A DNA stretch of 64,000 nucleotides from contig OX597824.1 in the NCBI GenBank assembly GCA_951406725.2, positions 53,072,001 through 53,136,000 of the forward strand, given 5' to 3'. The DNA comes from Octopus vulgaris. Its lineage: Eukaryota. The first letter of the stretch is position 1. Each line of letters starts with the position of its first letter. Below are positions 26,097 through 39,890 of the stretch, in pieces. A program made the translations under genes and the position numbers. The notes beneath the pieces are model-generated. The model was not told the DNA's origin, searched no databases, and saw nothing but the letters and a program-made list of their open reading frames with translations.

Positions 26097-26260
26097 ATTA
26101 CGCGTGTATGTTGTAAGAATTTTGCTTTCGAATCATTTGGTTTCTGGTTCAGTCCCACCACATAGCATCTTGGACGAGTGTATTCTACTATAGGCCCCAT
26201 GCCGCTAAAAACTCTGTGAGTGGATCTGGTAGACGGAAACTGAAGGAAACCCATCATAAA
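26097..26260 (+). mobile_element. tRNA-derived SINE family B, 5' part
   Basis: GTAAGAATTTGCTT...GGTTCAGTCCCAC...TTCTACTATAGG...TGTGAGTGGATCTGGTAGACGGAAACTGAAGGAAACCC, matching the head of 55200-55616. Confidence 0.8.
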
Positions 26261-26278
26261 TCAGTGTGTGTATGTATG

Positions 26279-26364
<86 letters not shown>

Positions 26365-26367
<3 letters not shown>

Positions 26368-26970
26368 GGTGCGGTAACTAAACTGTAGTCTAAATTAAGC
26401 AAAAATGTAAATAACACTCACATCTCATTTTAACAGATATATTTACGAAAATTACGTAAGAATATCCTGAAATACAAAATAGTAAATTTATTCAATGACA
26501 TCGCCATTGGCTTCAACCACGGCCTCCAGACGACTTCAGAATTTCCTGCAACTCTTCTGGACGGTCTCCTTGTTTAAATTGGTGAATGCTGCCACACTCT
26601 TACAAGGAGTTTTGTTGGTCTCTCGCTCAATTGTGCCCCACGCATAATGATCAAGAGAGTTATAGTCTGGGGAGTTAGGTGGTCAGATGTTAGGGGTGAT
26701 GTGGTTGCAGAAATTGTCTGACAGCCATAACTGGATTCTCATGCATGTGTGGCATGGTGCAGAGTCCTGTTGCCCGACATAGGGTCTTCCAGCACTCATC
26801 CTCTCCACCCAGGGCAGCACTACCTCCTCCAGGCACTTGACTCAGGCCTCCGTGTTGAGTCTTAAGTTGTGTAGGAAGATGAATGGAGGGATAACGTCGC
26901 CACCATTACTATATCACTCCAAGCACCATGATGTTGACTGGATGTTTGATTTTTATCACTCTCGGTACAT
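26365..26970 (-). mobile_element. Tc1/mariner (maT/DD37D-like) transposon 3' remnant
   Basis: TA|CAGGGTG terminus after (TA)n; minus-strand QQDSAPCHT and PPNSPDYNSLDHYAWGTIER motifs. Confidence 0.8.
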
Positions 26971-27453
26971 GTCCTCAGATTAACACCCAAACACTCTGAA
27001 ATGTTGGTATTGGAGCTTCCGACGCGAATGCCAAGCAATACAGCATGTCGTTTCCAACTGAATGAAGACTTTACAATATTTCTTAAATTAATAGAGTCTT
27101 GAGTTGACCTAGTTCAGTATGGAAATGAATAAAATGGGTTTTTCATTTTTTACTGTTTTTGACATTCTGAAAATTGGGGGAAATGAAACTGCTACAACAG
27201 ATCTTTATGTAAGGACACACACTTTAAATTTTATCACCCGTTTCATATGAAAAGGAACATCCAATTTAATATAGCAATACGTTTACAATCAATAATTACG
27301 AGAACATAGACGTAAGACATGATTTAGAATTAATAATATTCTTTCAAACACAAAAATACCCGATAAACATAGTAAACTATACTATAACCAACGAAAAGAG
27401 GCACCAATTTCTGTCTTACGTAGAAACCCTTCACAATGAGAGCGAAGACAAAA

Positions 27454-27528
<75 letters not shown>

Positions 27529-28137
27529 ATTTGGGGATGGTCATGTTGCCAGTTTAGCCAATGAAAGCACACGCACTATATATTTGGTGTTCACTTGCTT
27601 CAGCTTTCTACAACCTTAATTCTTAGGTAAAATTAATAGAGGTCACGAAAGTGAGCTTTGTTTTCGGGAAGTAAGAAATAACTAAGAAGAAAAAAAACCA
27701 AAAGTTCTTGAATGGGAAGAGATTTACGAGTAATGCGGACATGAATAACAAAACGAACTGAAATTTTACAGTATCAGATGCCCCACAATGCTAGGACAAT
27801 TATATCGTCCAAACGGGGTCAAAATGAATACATCGCATTAGAATACATAAGCAACAATTGATATCTTCGTTTAGTGAACATCTAGACATTTGTGCAAATG
27901 GAAAATTCAAAATATTAACTTTTTTCATAATACAGGCAAAAGAAGAACATAAGAATTCTAAATCCGATATTAAATCAGAAATAGTAAACACCACTACTAA
28001 AAATAACTTGCCTCATAACACATGTGACACAGAGTAAAGAGCGAAAACTTCCTTCCACGATACGAAAGCTTCTCTCCAAACGATTTTCAGTCTAACAGCT
28101 TTCTTCAAATATATATGTACGCGCGCGCGCACATATA

Positions 28138-28199
<62 letters not shown>

Positions 28200-28205
<6 letters not shown>

Positions 28206-28940
28206 CAAAACAAAAAATTAAACAAGAACGTAACAGGCAACAACAAAACATTCGGACAGTAGGTGATACAAAAAAAGGGACAGAAGAAAACAAGGAAGGA
28301 CATCTTCAATATTCAGTCCAGAAGCACATCATCTTTGCAGTTTCGGCCGGTTAATCTCGAGACTGCTCTAATCTGGCCGGCCCCAAGGAAATCTAAGTTA
28401 AGAGCACTAGATTCTTGGGAAGAAAGCAAGCGAATGTATAGGAAAACAAAAAAACACGGAGAAATGGTACACAATTACAAATACAAACAATAGGACATTA
28501 ACAACAGGTGTCTTTCGACTAAGGACGGATTAAATTAAGCTGGCGTGTGTCGAAGTGAAGCCTTACGGCAGGAACATAGAAGATGAAAGTCATGGGAAGC
28601 AACACGAGATATGCTGCACGGCTGGTAGTCGAACCAAGAAAGAAAGGTCAGGCTTGGTCGAACACCGGTCACGTGGAAGGAGAGGAGAGAGGTTTTGGAT
28701 AGAGGGATTGAAGGATTAAGGAGGGACGAGAAAGAGAGAGAAAAAAAGGAATGGAACAGACTGAGGTAAAGGAGGAGGGAAAGTGATGAGAATGAAGGGA
28801 GTGCCAAGAAATATGAGAGAGGGTGGGAGCGAGAAAAAGAAAATTGAAAGGAACGAAGAAAGTGTGAAAGGGGCTAAAGGAAAGAGTAAGAGTCGTACAG
28901 AATATAGAATACAATATAGAAACAATACAATATAGAAACA
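28200..28940 (-). repeat. Interspersed repeat (probably Penelope pLTR-related) with a degenerate hammerhead-like stem
   Basis: Paralogous to 19860-20460; minus strand GGCCGG...CCGGCC-GAAACTGCA at ~28336-28385. Confidence 0.65.
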
Positions 28941-29067
28941 ACCACTTTCATTCATACCCTGCCACAAGAAACGAGTTCTTTACTAATCTAAACAACATTG
29001 TTAGCCTTGTGTACTAGCAGAGAGCTTGTAAATTATTTTGCCTGGGTTCATAATTCGTCACTAATAA

Positions 29068-29078
29068 TTGTGTGTGTG

Positions 29079-29115
<37 letters not shown>

Positions 29116-30020
29116 GCATCTGTGCACACAGATGAACGCACATATACCTCTCACACAGACCACACACATGCATACAGAAACTCGCATGCACACACACATA
29201 CCCACACACACATACACACACGCGCACACACGCGCACACATCGCACACGAATGTATACATACCTAACACTCACAACCCACGCACACACTTACCCCCCATA
29301 CACACACGCACACATGCACACACAATCGTACACGCACACACAACTACACGCACATACACATACACACGCACACTAAGCGCACGCGCATACACGCGCATGC
29401 ACGCGCAAAAAACGCACATATACCTCCACACACAACTCCTTGTTCACACACACACACACACACATGCACATACACACGCATACACATACAGACACATATA
29501 TACACACATACATACACTCACACGCACATACATATATACACACGCACACACATACACACACACGCGCGCACACGCACACACACGTACACAGAACAGAGCA
29601 ATGCAGATTTTCTCCACAGACACAACCCCACACATACACACGTACACACACGTGCACACACATACAGACACAGGCACACACAGACACAGGCACACACAGA
29701 CACAGGCACACACAGACACAGGCACACACTGCACACAAAAGACACACACACACTATATATATATATATTATACATGCACACATACATACTTCAAACTATC
29801 AGATAAACACCTTTCTACTGACCATTCTCCTGCGCACATGTGAAGGGAGACACACAAAGGACAGCCACTCCTACCAAAAATTCTTACTATAAATTCTTTC
29901 TACGACATTCAGTGACACACAGTCCACTCAAACACACACATACGCACATACACGTGCTATTATTACACACACACACACAGACCTGCACGCACGCATATAC
30001 CCACACATACACACACATGC
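29068..30020. repeat. Long degenerate (CA)n region including four CACACAGACACAGG 14-mers (~29660-29725)
   Basis: Directly visible. Confidence 0.9.
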
Positions 30021-30049
30021 TCGAAACGTTAAATCCTCTTTCTTTCCTT

Positions 30050-30810
30050 TCCTTAGCATCTGATAATACAGTAAATCAATATGAGAAATATCTAAAATAA
30101 TTGGCAGATATTACCAAACTGTGCAAAAATTTGTAACAGCTTCTACAAAGAGACGTAAGGCAGCCGACAAGGGTCAATCGAGGACTGTTTCTCAACGTTC
30201 TCTGTCACGAATTAAGCGTGAAGTTGCAAAGAGACCAAGTCTTATAAGTGGAGAACTTTTCAAGTTCTTTGGCGAAACAACTACGTCCATTTCTGAGGGA
30301 GCACCTTGAACTTTGGTTAAAAAAGCAAAGTATCACCTTCTTGACAACCATAATATTCATGTAAGATAATGCGTCCTCGCACTCAGCGAAGAAAACTACA
30401 GAGTGTCCAACAATTAGGCTTCTGTGGACCTCGGAAGATGAAGTGCCTGTTTCTCCCACTTAAACCCAATAGAAAACTTGTAGAGTATTCTAAAGCGACG
30501 AGTTTACGACTATGGACGCCAATTTAGGAGCAAGGATGAACTGTGGCAGATAATAGTGGATGTATCTCGTGGTATAACGTCAGAGAAGAACCAGAAATTG
30601 GCATGATTCATGGACTAGCGCCTTTTCCAACTTATTTCAAACAAGCGCTCTATATCCCCTTCAAACCACCTCACCTATCATTTTTGAACGCTGTTTATTT
30701 GTTCATTTCTATTTCTTCCATGTTTATGACTGTATATGTTTATTTCAGTATGTACATCAAACAATTAAACTGGTATTTTCTTGCTTACATGGATTTTAAT
30801 TACACAGTGC
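30050..30810 (+). mobile_element. Internally deleted Tc1-like transposon remnant
   Basis: RRKAADKGQSRTVSQRSLSRIKREVAKRP, DNASSH, LNPIENL..ILKRRVY; CAGTG end near 30810. Confidence 0.7.
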
Positions 30811-31029
30811 TGATAACTTGAAACAATGAAAGTTTACGTAAATTTGGCATAGTTTTTGTGTTGCCATAGTTTTTGTGATGTTTTACAAAATCTTATGTAC
30901 TTTACACACCACACACATATAACTGTTGTCATCATTCTGTGAAAATTTCGTTGAATTCCAATGAGTAGTTTATAAATAAAATTAAAATGTTACATCGTTA
31001 ATAATTTGAAACCCAGTGTGTGTGTTCAT

Positions 31030-31176
<147 letters not shown>

Positions 31177-31649
31177 CCTCCTATTAAAACTACAAGCAAT
31201 TGTTATATGCCAGAGTAACACAGAGTGTATTATTGGAGACCAGTTGTTTTTTTTAACTTCCTTCCTTGGTCTTCATCGATGGCCAGATACTCTTTCGAGG
31301 CTGTATCTTAGGCTTACCTACTAATCTTTTATAGTGATGAAGTTCCAATTAACCCATTGTCCGAATGGTAATCTGCCGGCGACCATGTTATAGATGCTGC
31401 AATTATGTTGCTAATGTCCATTCGAAGAAAAATATCCTGTGTGAAATGGGAATGAATCCATATGCATTCAATAATATATATCGCTGCCCTCCATCGAATC
31501 ACTATGATCACCAGTTCCATCGTTACCACAAACATCCCTGTGATAGACATACATACATGTATATATACACACATACATACATACATACATACATACATAC
31601 ATACATAAAATCATACATACATACATGCAGACACACACAGACACACATA

Positions 31650-31709
<60 letters not shown>

Positions 31710-32291
31710 GTCATAGTTTATGTTTAGTTTGTCTGTTCAGCTTCGATTGACAGAATGATAAAAATATGATGTTTTTCCGGGCATTTTTAACTGTACGTTA
31801 TATACATCGGAGTGGGTTGGAGTTGGTTTTTCTTCGTGATATGATAAGTTTGTATTAAATGCTACATTAACGAGCTTAGATGTTTCCAACTTGCATTGTT
31901 ATTCTAGAAGAGAGGAAATCAATATTCTCTGCAGCTGACAGGGATATAATTATATATTAACAAGCCGGTAGTGCATAATTGATCACAGAGAAACGTTTAT
32001 CGACTCTGAATGCTGAGCCAAAGATAAGGGAAGTTGTGCTGAAACTATGAAACTACCTTCAATAATTACTTCACGTGGGTTTCACAATGATTCTATGAGA
32101 ACATCACAAAGCTAGCATTTTTAAACAGTTTACTTCTCTGACATGGGGATTCCACAAAGACCTGATAAAGTGTCAAGGGAAAGTGAAATATTCGTAAATA
32201 GGTATCCATTTATGAAAATTTTCTCACTTAATTGACACTTGGGATTTTAGATATATATACATGTATGTATGTATGTATGTATGCAGATATA

Positions 32292-32385
<94 letters not shown>

Positions 32386-32789
32386 GTATGTAATGTATGT
32401 ATATATGTATGGATGTCTGTATCATTGTTCAGTTTTATATCGAGATTTCCTGCCTGTATGTATGTATATGTATGTATGAATACATCATGACTAGTCTTTC
32501 GATGGCTCTGTGTAGGCATCAGTGTGAGCCACGTCTATTGATGATCACAATATTTCTCTGACTGAAAAGTTGACCCTGTTTTAGATTTCTCTTCCCAGCA
32601 TCTTGGGCACCTTACCGTTGATTAGGTTGACAGTTTTTCCGCCAAGGTTTCATACCTGCTATGCTGCTCCCCATGCAAGTAATCAGAGCCGTGTTTGCCA
32701 GTTTGGTTTCAACCTGCCCGCCTTGGGTTACCCCGTCAGATTACCGGAGGTGATCTTCCTGTCCATGGCCAGAACAGGAAAAAGTTTCT

Positions 32790-33392
32790 TTATAGCTTAA
32801 AGAGGCAATCCCAAACTGTTGCCATCACCACACGAATTATGACGAGGGTTTGGAATTTGTGGTGGAATTACAAAGGAAATACATTAATACCAATTGCAGC
32901 GAAGATTTACGATGCATAGCTACTCAATCGAATCCAACCTCAAACTGAAAGAGCTCTTAGGAAAAATCAAAATGGATTTAGGAAGAGACGCTCTACATCT
33001 GGTAAAATTCTCAGTTAGGAGGATGCTGGAAGGAGTACGAACCAGAAATCTTAATGCATTTCTGCTCTTTCTTGATTTCTCCAAGGCCTTTGACTCTGTA
33101 CAGAGAAATAAGATGGCAGAAATCCCTGATGAAACAATAAAGTTAGTAATGATGCTGTCTAAAAACACTCGAGCGAAAGTGAGGTCACCAGATGGAGACA
33201 CTGACTTCGATATTCGTGCGGGAGTATTGCAGAGTGACACACTAGCTCCTTACTTGTTCATACTAAGTCTCAATTATATATGACGTACCTCAGTAGACCA
33301 ACACAAAGATTTGGGTTTCACTTTACAGAAGTCTAGAAGCAGAAGATATCCAGCCACCTACTTGACTGACGCCGATTATGCTGATGAAATTA
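32790..33392 (+). mobile_element. RTE-type LINE reverse transcriptase fragment
   Basis: FLDFSKAFDSV, KVRSPDGDTDF, AGVLQSDTLAPYLFI, SRRYPATYLTDADYADE. Confidence 0.88.
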
Positions 33393-33443
33393 AATGTCCT
33401 TGTCCTGCATTGCCTAATTGTTTGCCTTTCCTCACTACTTTAA

Positions 33444-33505
<62 letters not shown>

Positions 33506-33508
<3 letters not shown>

Positions 33509-35180
33509 TTGCAGAGTTACCAGGCGTTGCCCGAGTTACATACAGTTGAAGAATTAGACTTTTCTGTTATATTTTCTCTAATGAACTGGAATACCTATGT
33601 TTCGAATTTCATCAAAATTGCAGATGAGGGTTATTCCCCTCTTTACACACCCAAACAAATTTGTAATCGTGCTACATGTATCCCATACTACTGATGTTTA
33701 TGCGCATATTCCAAAATTCCTGTCTTATAGAACTTGTTAAAGGGATTTTTCTCCTGAAAAATGGAGGTCATGGAGCTCTAAAATGTGAGAGTTAACGCCC
33801 CTATTGGGGGTGGGCATCTTAATGTCAACCAGAGAAGTTGAATTGTTGAGATTCTTTTTAACTCGGGTTTTATATCTATTGTTTGAAATAGGAAATATAT
33901 GTTCACTGGGTTTGTAAAAGAGAGCAAAGCTACAGGAAACCAAAAGACGAATGATCACAATAAGCAGTCAGCTACAGTAACCTAGTCATTACCACTCCCG
34001 ATGTAGCATTCCTCACCATGCAGGTGACAGACACAGCCGTAAGATGCATTACGAATCTATAGTAATTGGAAGGGCGTGACCCAACTGAAATAAACATTAA
34101 CAACTGTGTGACGTGATGGCTAAGAAGAAATGAAAGTTGGAGTTTGCAAATGACCACTATACTGATACGTAACTGGACAGAATAAATATACAATCTATAA
34201 ATGTCTTTGAATAACCAGTCACTCATCTGGGAAGGCCTTGAAATCAATATTACCATGTGGGGACTATGTGTGATCCAGTAATAATAAAAAGACTGAAAGG
34301 AAATCTGCAATCAAATAACTTTACTCAACATTTTGCAACTGAATCAGTGGAGGCAAAGATGCCTCTCATTTACTTGACAATTTATACAGCACATTGCAGA
34401 AATCACAATCTAAGTGTATGTCAAAGCAAACTCTTACACTCTTGTACCATTGAATTACAAATAATGCTCATCTTCTATGCTCGGATAACCCCACAGCTTC
34501 CAAGAGTACAACTACTCGTCTTTGCTTTGATAACACGACAAAATTGTGGGTGTTAAGTCCCCATGAAGGGGTCTTTCTAACTTGTAAGAAGATGAAATTT
34601 CACAAATATTACTGCATTTGTATCTAATATCTATGGTTAAAATTTCATCAACAGCAAAAATATATGAATTGTCATGGGGGTTGTGGCCCTTATGTATAGA
34701 ATATAATTTCCAAATTTCGTAAAGATCCATTCAGTACTTTTGACCTAGTTTTGGATCATAAAAGAAATGACTAAAATGTGGGAGTTAAGGCCCCCATTAG
34801 GGTGTCTTAGAATCCTCATGTGAAGTGGAAACTTTGAGAATACTTCTTGATGTGTGTCAATTACCCATGGTTGAAATTTCATCAACATCGAAAATTTATG
34901 AATTTTCATGGGGGGTTCTGTCCCCTTTAAGCCATCTGAAATTCAAACCAAACATATTGCATTATACCCGCCCTTACGCATTGAATCTAAGTTTCAAATA
35001 TCATAAGGATCCATTCAGTAATTTTGATCCATTAAATTATATGAAACACACAGCATTACCCTTCTCCCTAGGCTTCGATTTTGTGTTCCAAATTTCATTA
35101 TGATCGGTGCAGCAGTTTTCGAATGTATAAGTAATACACGAACACATAAAGACATTGTCTGTGATATAATAAATATGAAT
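33506..35180 (-). mobile_element. Non-autonomous Helitron-like element with internal subrepeats
   Basis: Minus strand ends CTCGGGCAACGCCTGG hairpin + TAACTCTGCAAG|T (degenerate CTAG). Repeated blocks AAATGTGRGAGTTAA..CCCC at ~33781/34541/34775 and AAATTTCATCAACA / GATCCATTCAGTA at ~34640/34873 and ~34724/35008. Both ends abut (TA)n. Confidence 0.62.
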
Positions 35181-35190
35181 GTACACATAT

Positions 35191-35260
<70 letters not shown>

Positions 35261-35279
35261 GTGTGTGTGAGTGTGTGTG

Positions 35280-35328
<49 letters not shown>

Positions 35329-35587
35329 AAGATAAATTGATAGATACAACTGAGTGGGCAAACAAAAATATAAGACACATCGTAGTGCTTTTTTATGTTG
35401 ATAAGCCTGATACTTATTCTATTAGTTTCTTCTTGTGAAACCAGTAAGTTATGGGGATGTAAATAAACGAACACCAGTTGTGAAGCAGTGATGATGGTGA
35501 AACACAGAAATAAAGTCACACACATACACTTAAATATATACATACATATATATACGATTGATTTCTTTAAGTTTCTGTCTATGAAAT

Positions 35588-35621
<34 letters not shown>

Positions 35622-35624
<3 letters not shown>

Positions 35625-35815
35625 ATCCAAACAAGAAAGCACAAAAAAACACAACAACGCGAGGACGTGGAACAAATATAGTATTATTGGACGCTCAGGA
35701 AAGAAGGAAAGAAGGAGGGTTTAACGTTTCGAGCGGAGCTCTTCGTCGGAAACATAGGAGAAGGAAAGATCCAGAGAAGGGAAGACAAAGGGAAAAAAAT
35801 CGCCAACGGTACACA
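35622..35815 (-). mobile_element. Short Penelope pLTR-like repeat with a variant minimal hammerhead
   Basis: Minus strand 35753-35719: GTTT-CCGACGA-A-GAGC-TCC-GCTC-GAAA-C-GTT-AAAC. Shares ACGCTCAGGAA...ACGTTTCGAGC..GCTCTTC with 20633-20822. Confidence 0.65.
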
Positions 35816-35899
35816 CGAGGTCACACACACACACAGACATACACATTCACAAAGATAAATTGTGTGGGCAAACAAAAATATGAGATACTGCCTAGTGGT

Positions 35900-36215
35900 T
35901 TTTTTTTATTTTGATAAACTTGGTACTTATTCTATCAGTTTCTTCTTGTGAAACCAGTAAGTTATGGGGATGTAAATAAACGAACACCAGTTGTGGGGCA
36001 GTGATGAGGGAGAAACACAAAGACACACACACAGACTAACATATATACATACATATATATACGATTGATTTCTTTCAGTTTCTGTCTACAAAATCCACTG
36101 ACAAGGCTTTGGTTGGTCTGAGGCTATAGCAGAAGACACATGCCAAGTCACCACACAGTGGGATTGAACCCAGGACCATGTGTTTTGAAACAAAGTTTGT
36201 TACTACACAGCCACA
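35900..36215 (-). mobile_element. SINE family B
   Basis: Reverse complement of the 55200-55616 pattern (CAGTGGGATTGAACCCAGGACCATGTG, AAGGCTTTGGTTGG, GTACTTATTCTATC). Confidence 0.82.
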
Positions 36216-36351
36216 CCTTCACCTATGTATGTGTGTGTATGTGTGTATGGGTGTATATATGTATGCATGTGTATATGTGAATCACATTTGTGTACATATT
36301 ACATGTACATCTATATATTTATACATCTACACATATACATGTATACATATA

Positions 36352-36672
36352 CATCTTTGTCTTTCTGCATATGTCTTGCCGACTCCAGAGACGCTTTTCT
36401 AGCCTTCCGAAAGCAACACTTGCTTTCCTAATTCTATATGGAATTTCATCATCCAAATTGCTATATCTATTAATAGTGCTTTCCAGGTAGACAAACTGAT
36501 CAACTACATCAAGTCGTTTACCATAAACATAGATATTTGGTACACTATACTGCTTACCAGGGGCAGGTTGATACATGACAACAGTTTTCTTGAGATTGAC
36601 TGTCAATCCTAAGGCAGTGCAAGCATCAGAGAATGCATTCAAAATGTGTTGCATATCAATCTCTGTGTGTGC
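36352..36672 (-). mobile_element. RTE-clade LINE RT C-terminal fragment
   Basis: MQHILNAFSDACTALGLTVNLKKTVVM...VVDQFVYLEST...DEIPYRIRKASVAFGRLEKRLW. Confidence 0.9.
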
Positions 36673-36699
36673 TACATATAGATATAAATACATATATAC

Positions 36700-37060
36700 G
36701 ATGGGTTTCTTTCAGTTTCCGTCTACCAGATTCCCTCACAAGGCTTTGGTCGTCCCGAGGCTATAGTAGAAGACACTTACCCAAGGTGCCACGCAGTGGG
36801 ACTGAATCCAGAGCCATGTAGTTGGTAAGTAAGTTACTTACCACACTGCCACTCCTATATCTTTTCGTTATTTCAGACATCAAACTGTGGCCATCCTGGG
36901 GTACCGCCTTGAGGAATTCCTAGTCTTATACTTTCTTTCAATCAAGACTAGTATTTATTCTATCGGACGGTTTTGTCGAACCGCTAAGTTACGGAGATAT
37001 AAACACACCATCATCGCTTGTCAAGCGGTAGCAGAGTACAGAAACAAAAGTACACACACA
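36700..37060 (-). mobile_element. SINE family B head (36700-36856) and tail of another copy (36860-37060)
   Basis: CACAAGGCTTTGGTCG..CCGAGGCTATAGTAGAAGACACTT.CCCAAGGTGCCACGCAGTGGGACTGAA; GAACCGCTAAGTTACGG. Confidence 0.82.
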
Positions 37061-37117
37061 CATGTGCGTGTGTGTGTGTGGTGTACGTGGGTGTGCGCGC
37101 GCGCATGTGTGTGTGTG

Positions 37118-38630
37118 TGTTTTTAATTATTATAAATCTTGTACTGAGAAGGGAGCCGGTTTCCAACAAAGATACAAAACTCTATCTTTGAGATATAGTT
37201 TACATAGACAACTTGAGAAAATCTTGCATATTTTTATTGTTCCACTCACATATTGCACTTGCAATGTACGAATTAACCGGTCGACTTCTCAGTTTATCCA
37301 GATTCTCCTTTAAGCATTTACTAACAAAACCTAGTGCTCCAATTATTATTGGTATGAATATGAATTCATAGTCTAGATATAGAAGCTGGAGTTTTCGAAG
37401 CGGTTGTCCATAGATATCTTCTTTTACTTTGATTTTCAAATATATATTCATATCTTCCGGGCAGCTAACCTCTATAAAGGTATGATGGTACATACCTTTG
37501 CCCCTCTGTCCCAAACAACGATATCTGACCTGTTATGTTTACATTTGACAGAAGTTTTGATGGGTATATTGCACCAGTATTCCTTGATTTGGGCTAATGA
37601 ATGTATTCCATAACAAAGGGATTTTCTAAGTTTATTTCAGGACAGTCTTTTTTTGCGGATGGCATTGTAAATTGTTTTAGCAACAACATCGTGCCACATA
37701 GAGAGGTAGTATCGTGACGACATTTTAGGACAGCTGCTAATCACATGCGTGATGTCTTCCACAGAAATATGACAGACAACACGTGCGGTTGCATCTTGGG
37801 ATTACAAATGCGTCACTGTCTCTTGTGGCAATCTCCTGTTCCTGGATTGCAAATGCATATCCGTCGAAGTGTGATGTAGTGGTCTTGTGTCCAAGAAAGG
37901 CTGCGCTTCGTGTCAATTCTACTGCTTTCTTCAATCTTCCGGGCAACATACCTATGCATAGTCCTTTTTTTTTGTATGCTGAGTACTTTCTATCCAGGTC
38001 TCCTCTGAGGTGAAAGAGTCTAGCTGTTTTGGGGCTGTATAGGAGATAATCAGGAAGAGAGTACTTCTTGAGGAGCACATTACCAACTCGCACAATGTTG
38101 CTCACTTCACTTTTCAGCACTGCATTTATATAATTATTTTTGCTGCTGTTGTTTATCAGGTGCTACCTGAGTGATACCATACGGCATTAGAAGGTCGTCC
38201 ACATTGATCTCAGGCCTCTACCACCTTCATTTCTTCATAGGAAGAGCCTGTCAATATCAATGTTTCTGTGGAAGTTCCCAGTTGTAGGATTTTGCGGGTT
38301 TTGATATCTATTGAGTAGATTTCTTCTACAGACCAATCAAGTATCCCAAATGTTGGGATCAGCACTAGAACTACAAATGCATTGTGAGATATTGTTTTGC
38401 TATTAGAGGAGATTGCCATATTTTCCTAAGTCTGGAGTGATATTCTCGGGTCACTCTATCTTTATTCACAGTGCCTTCATATGATACTTGTAACATTCTT
38501 TGTGTTGAATGGGGGAGATAGAGAGACCGTTGATGGACAGCTTCTGGGATTGGTGGGGCTGATTTACCTCGTACTATAACCAAATATGAACATTTCTTTT
38601 GGCCAAATTCCATGCCTATATTATCTGAAA
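37118..38630 (-). mobile_element. 5'-truncated, degenerate R4/Dong-clade LINE, second copy
   Basis: IGMEFGQKKCSYL, NSKTISHNAFVVLVLIPTFGILDWS, GYAFAIQEQEIAT, RYYLSMWHDVVAK, IEVSCPEDMNI, IPIIIGALG. Confidence 0.88.
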
Positions 38631-38649
38631 ATGTATGTATGTATGTATG

Positions 38650-38680
<31 letters not shown>

Positions 38681-39479
38681 GTATGTATGTATGTATGTAT
38701 GCATGTATGTATGCATGTATGTATGAAATATATAAAATAGTAGACTCACAGACTTAAAAGCATACAAATTCAAAGCTTTTAATTGCATTCTGTAAATCCT
38801 AACATGGATACAGTGTAGAAAGTCACAAAACGGTATTCGTTTTGAGAAAGCTTCTGGTATAAATATATAGTGGTAAACAGCACAAAAATGTACCAGTAGC
38901 AGACGAAAATATTCGGCAGCGGTAGTAGAATTGCTAAATCTAAATTTCCCTGTCGGATATTTGCGCAACCAGTAACTTTTTAATCACTGTTTTTCTATAT
39001 CAATAGAGGCTAAATTTAACCAAGCAAGTAATTAATACTTGCAACTGATAACGTGCAAAGACATGGCAATCATGATTTTACAATTCCACTACTCCTGCTG
39101 CTGGACGCTTTTCATCTGCTTATGATACATTTCAGTGCGTTTTAGCACAATACGAGAAGCTGTCTGAAGATGAACATATGACGAATATAGTTTTGTAGCT
39201 TTCTACAGTATATCGACGTTAAGTAAGATATACAGAATAATATTTTGAACCAATGCTCCTTTCGTCGCTAATAACGAAAGTTTCCACCCTTCAAGTTTTT
39301 TTTTTAGTTTCACATATATATGCGGTAAAATTCAGCTTCACTTCAGGAGGGATGTAAAAACAAATAGGTGCCTTGGAACAGAATATACGGAGAAAGTGAA
39401 AAAGGAAATAAATAGGTATTAGCGACAGATAGTGGGAATGAAACAGAAAAAGAAAGACAGAGAAAAATAAAGGAAAGGA

Positions 39480-39890
39480 ATAATGTGAGAATGAGGGAAT
39501 AAAACAATGTTACCCAGTAGAAATAAACGTTGAACTATCGATCAGGAACGTAACATAGAACGTCCAGAGCAAAGATTACAAAATCAAGAAAATAACTGAA
39601 TGGTTAATAGAAGGGAATATAAAATTCTCGATCAAACTTCATAAAGTCAAGAAAATTATTGAAGAAAAAATTAATTCAAGGGAATCTGAAACTTTTGAGC
39701 AAGCAAAGACACAAGCAAGTCACTCAGAGGAAAAATAGAAAAAAGGCAGGAGGTGCCGTTTAACAAACAGAAAATATAGAAGGCCTGTATGAAAGCACAC
39801 AATGAATTTAAAGATGCAAGGATAGACACTATGTTGGAAGACTGGATGCTAAATGTTTAAAATGCGTGTGCAAGAGAGCATTTAAAATGC
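39480..39890 (+). mobile_element. Possible Helitron RepHel N-terminal fragment
   Basis: Charged E/R/Q-rich segment (RPEQRLQNQE) then RHYVGRLDAKCLKC, resembling the N-terminal Cys motif of Helitron Rep proteins. Heavily decayed. Confidence 0.35.
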
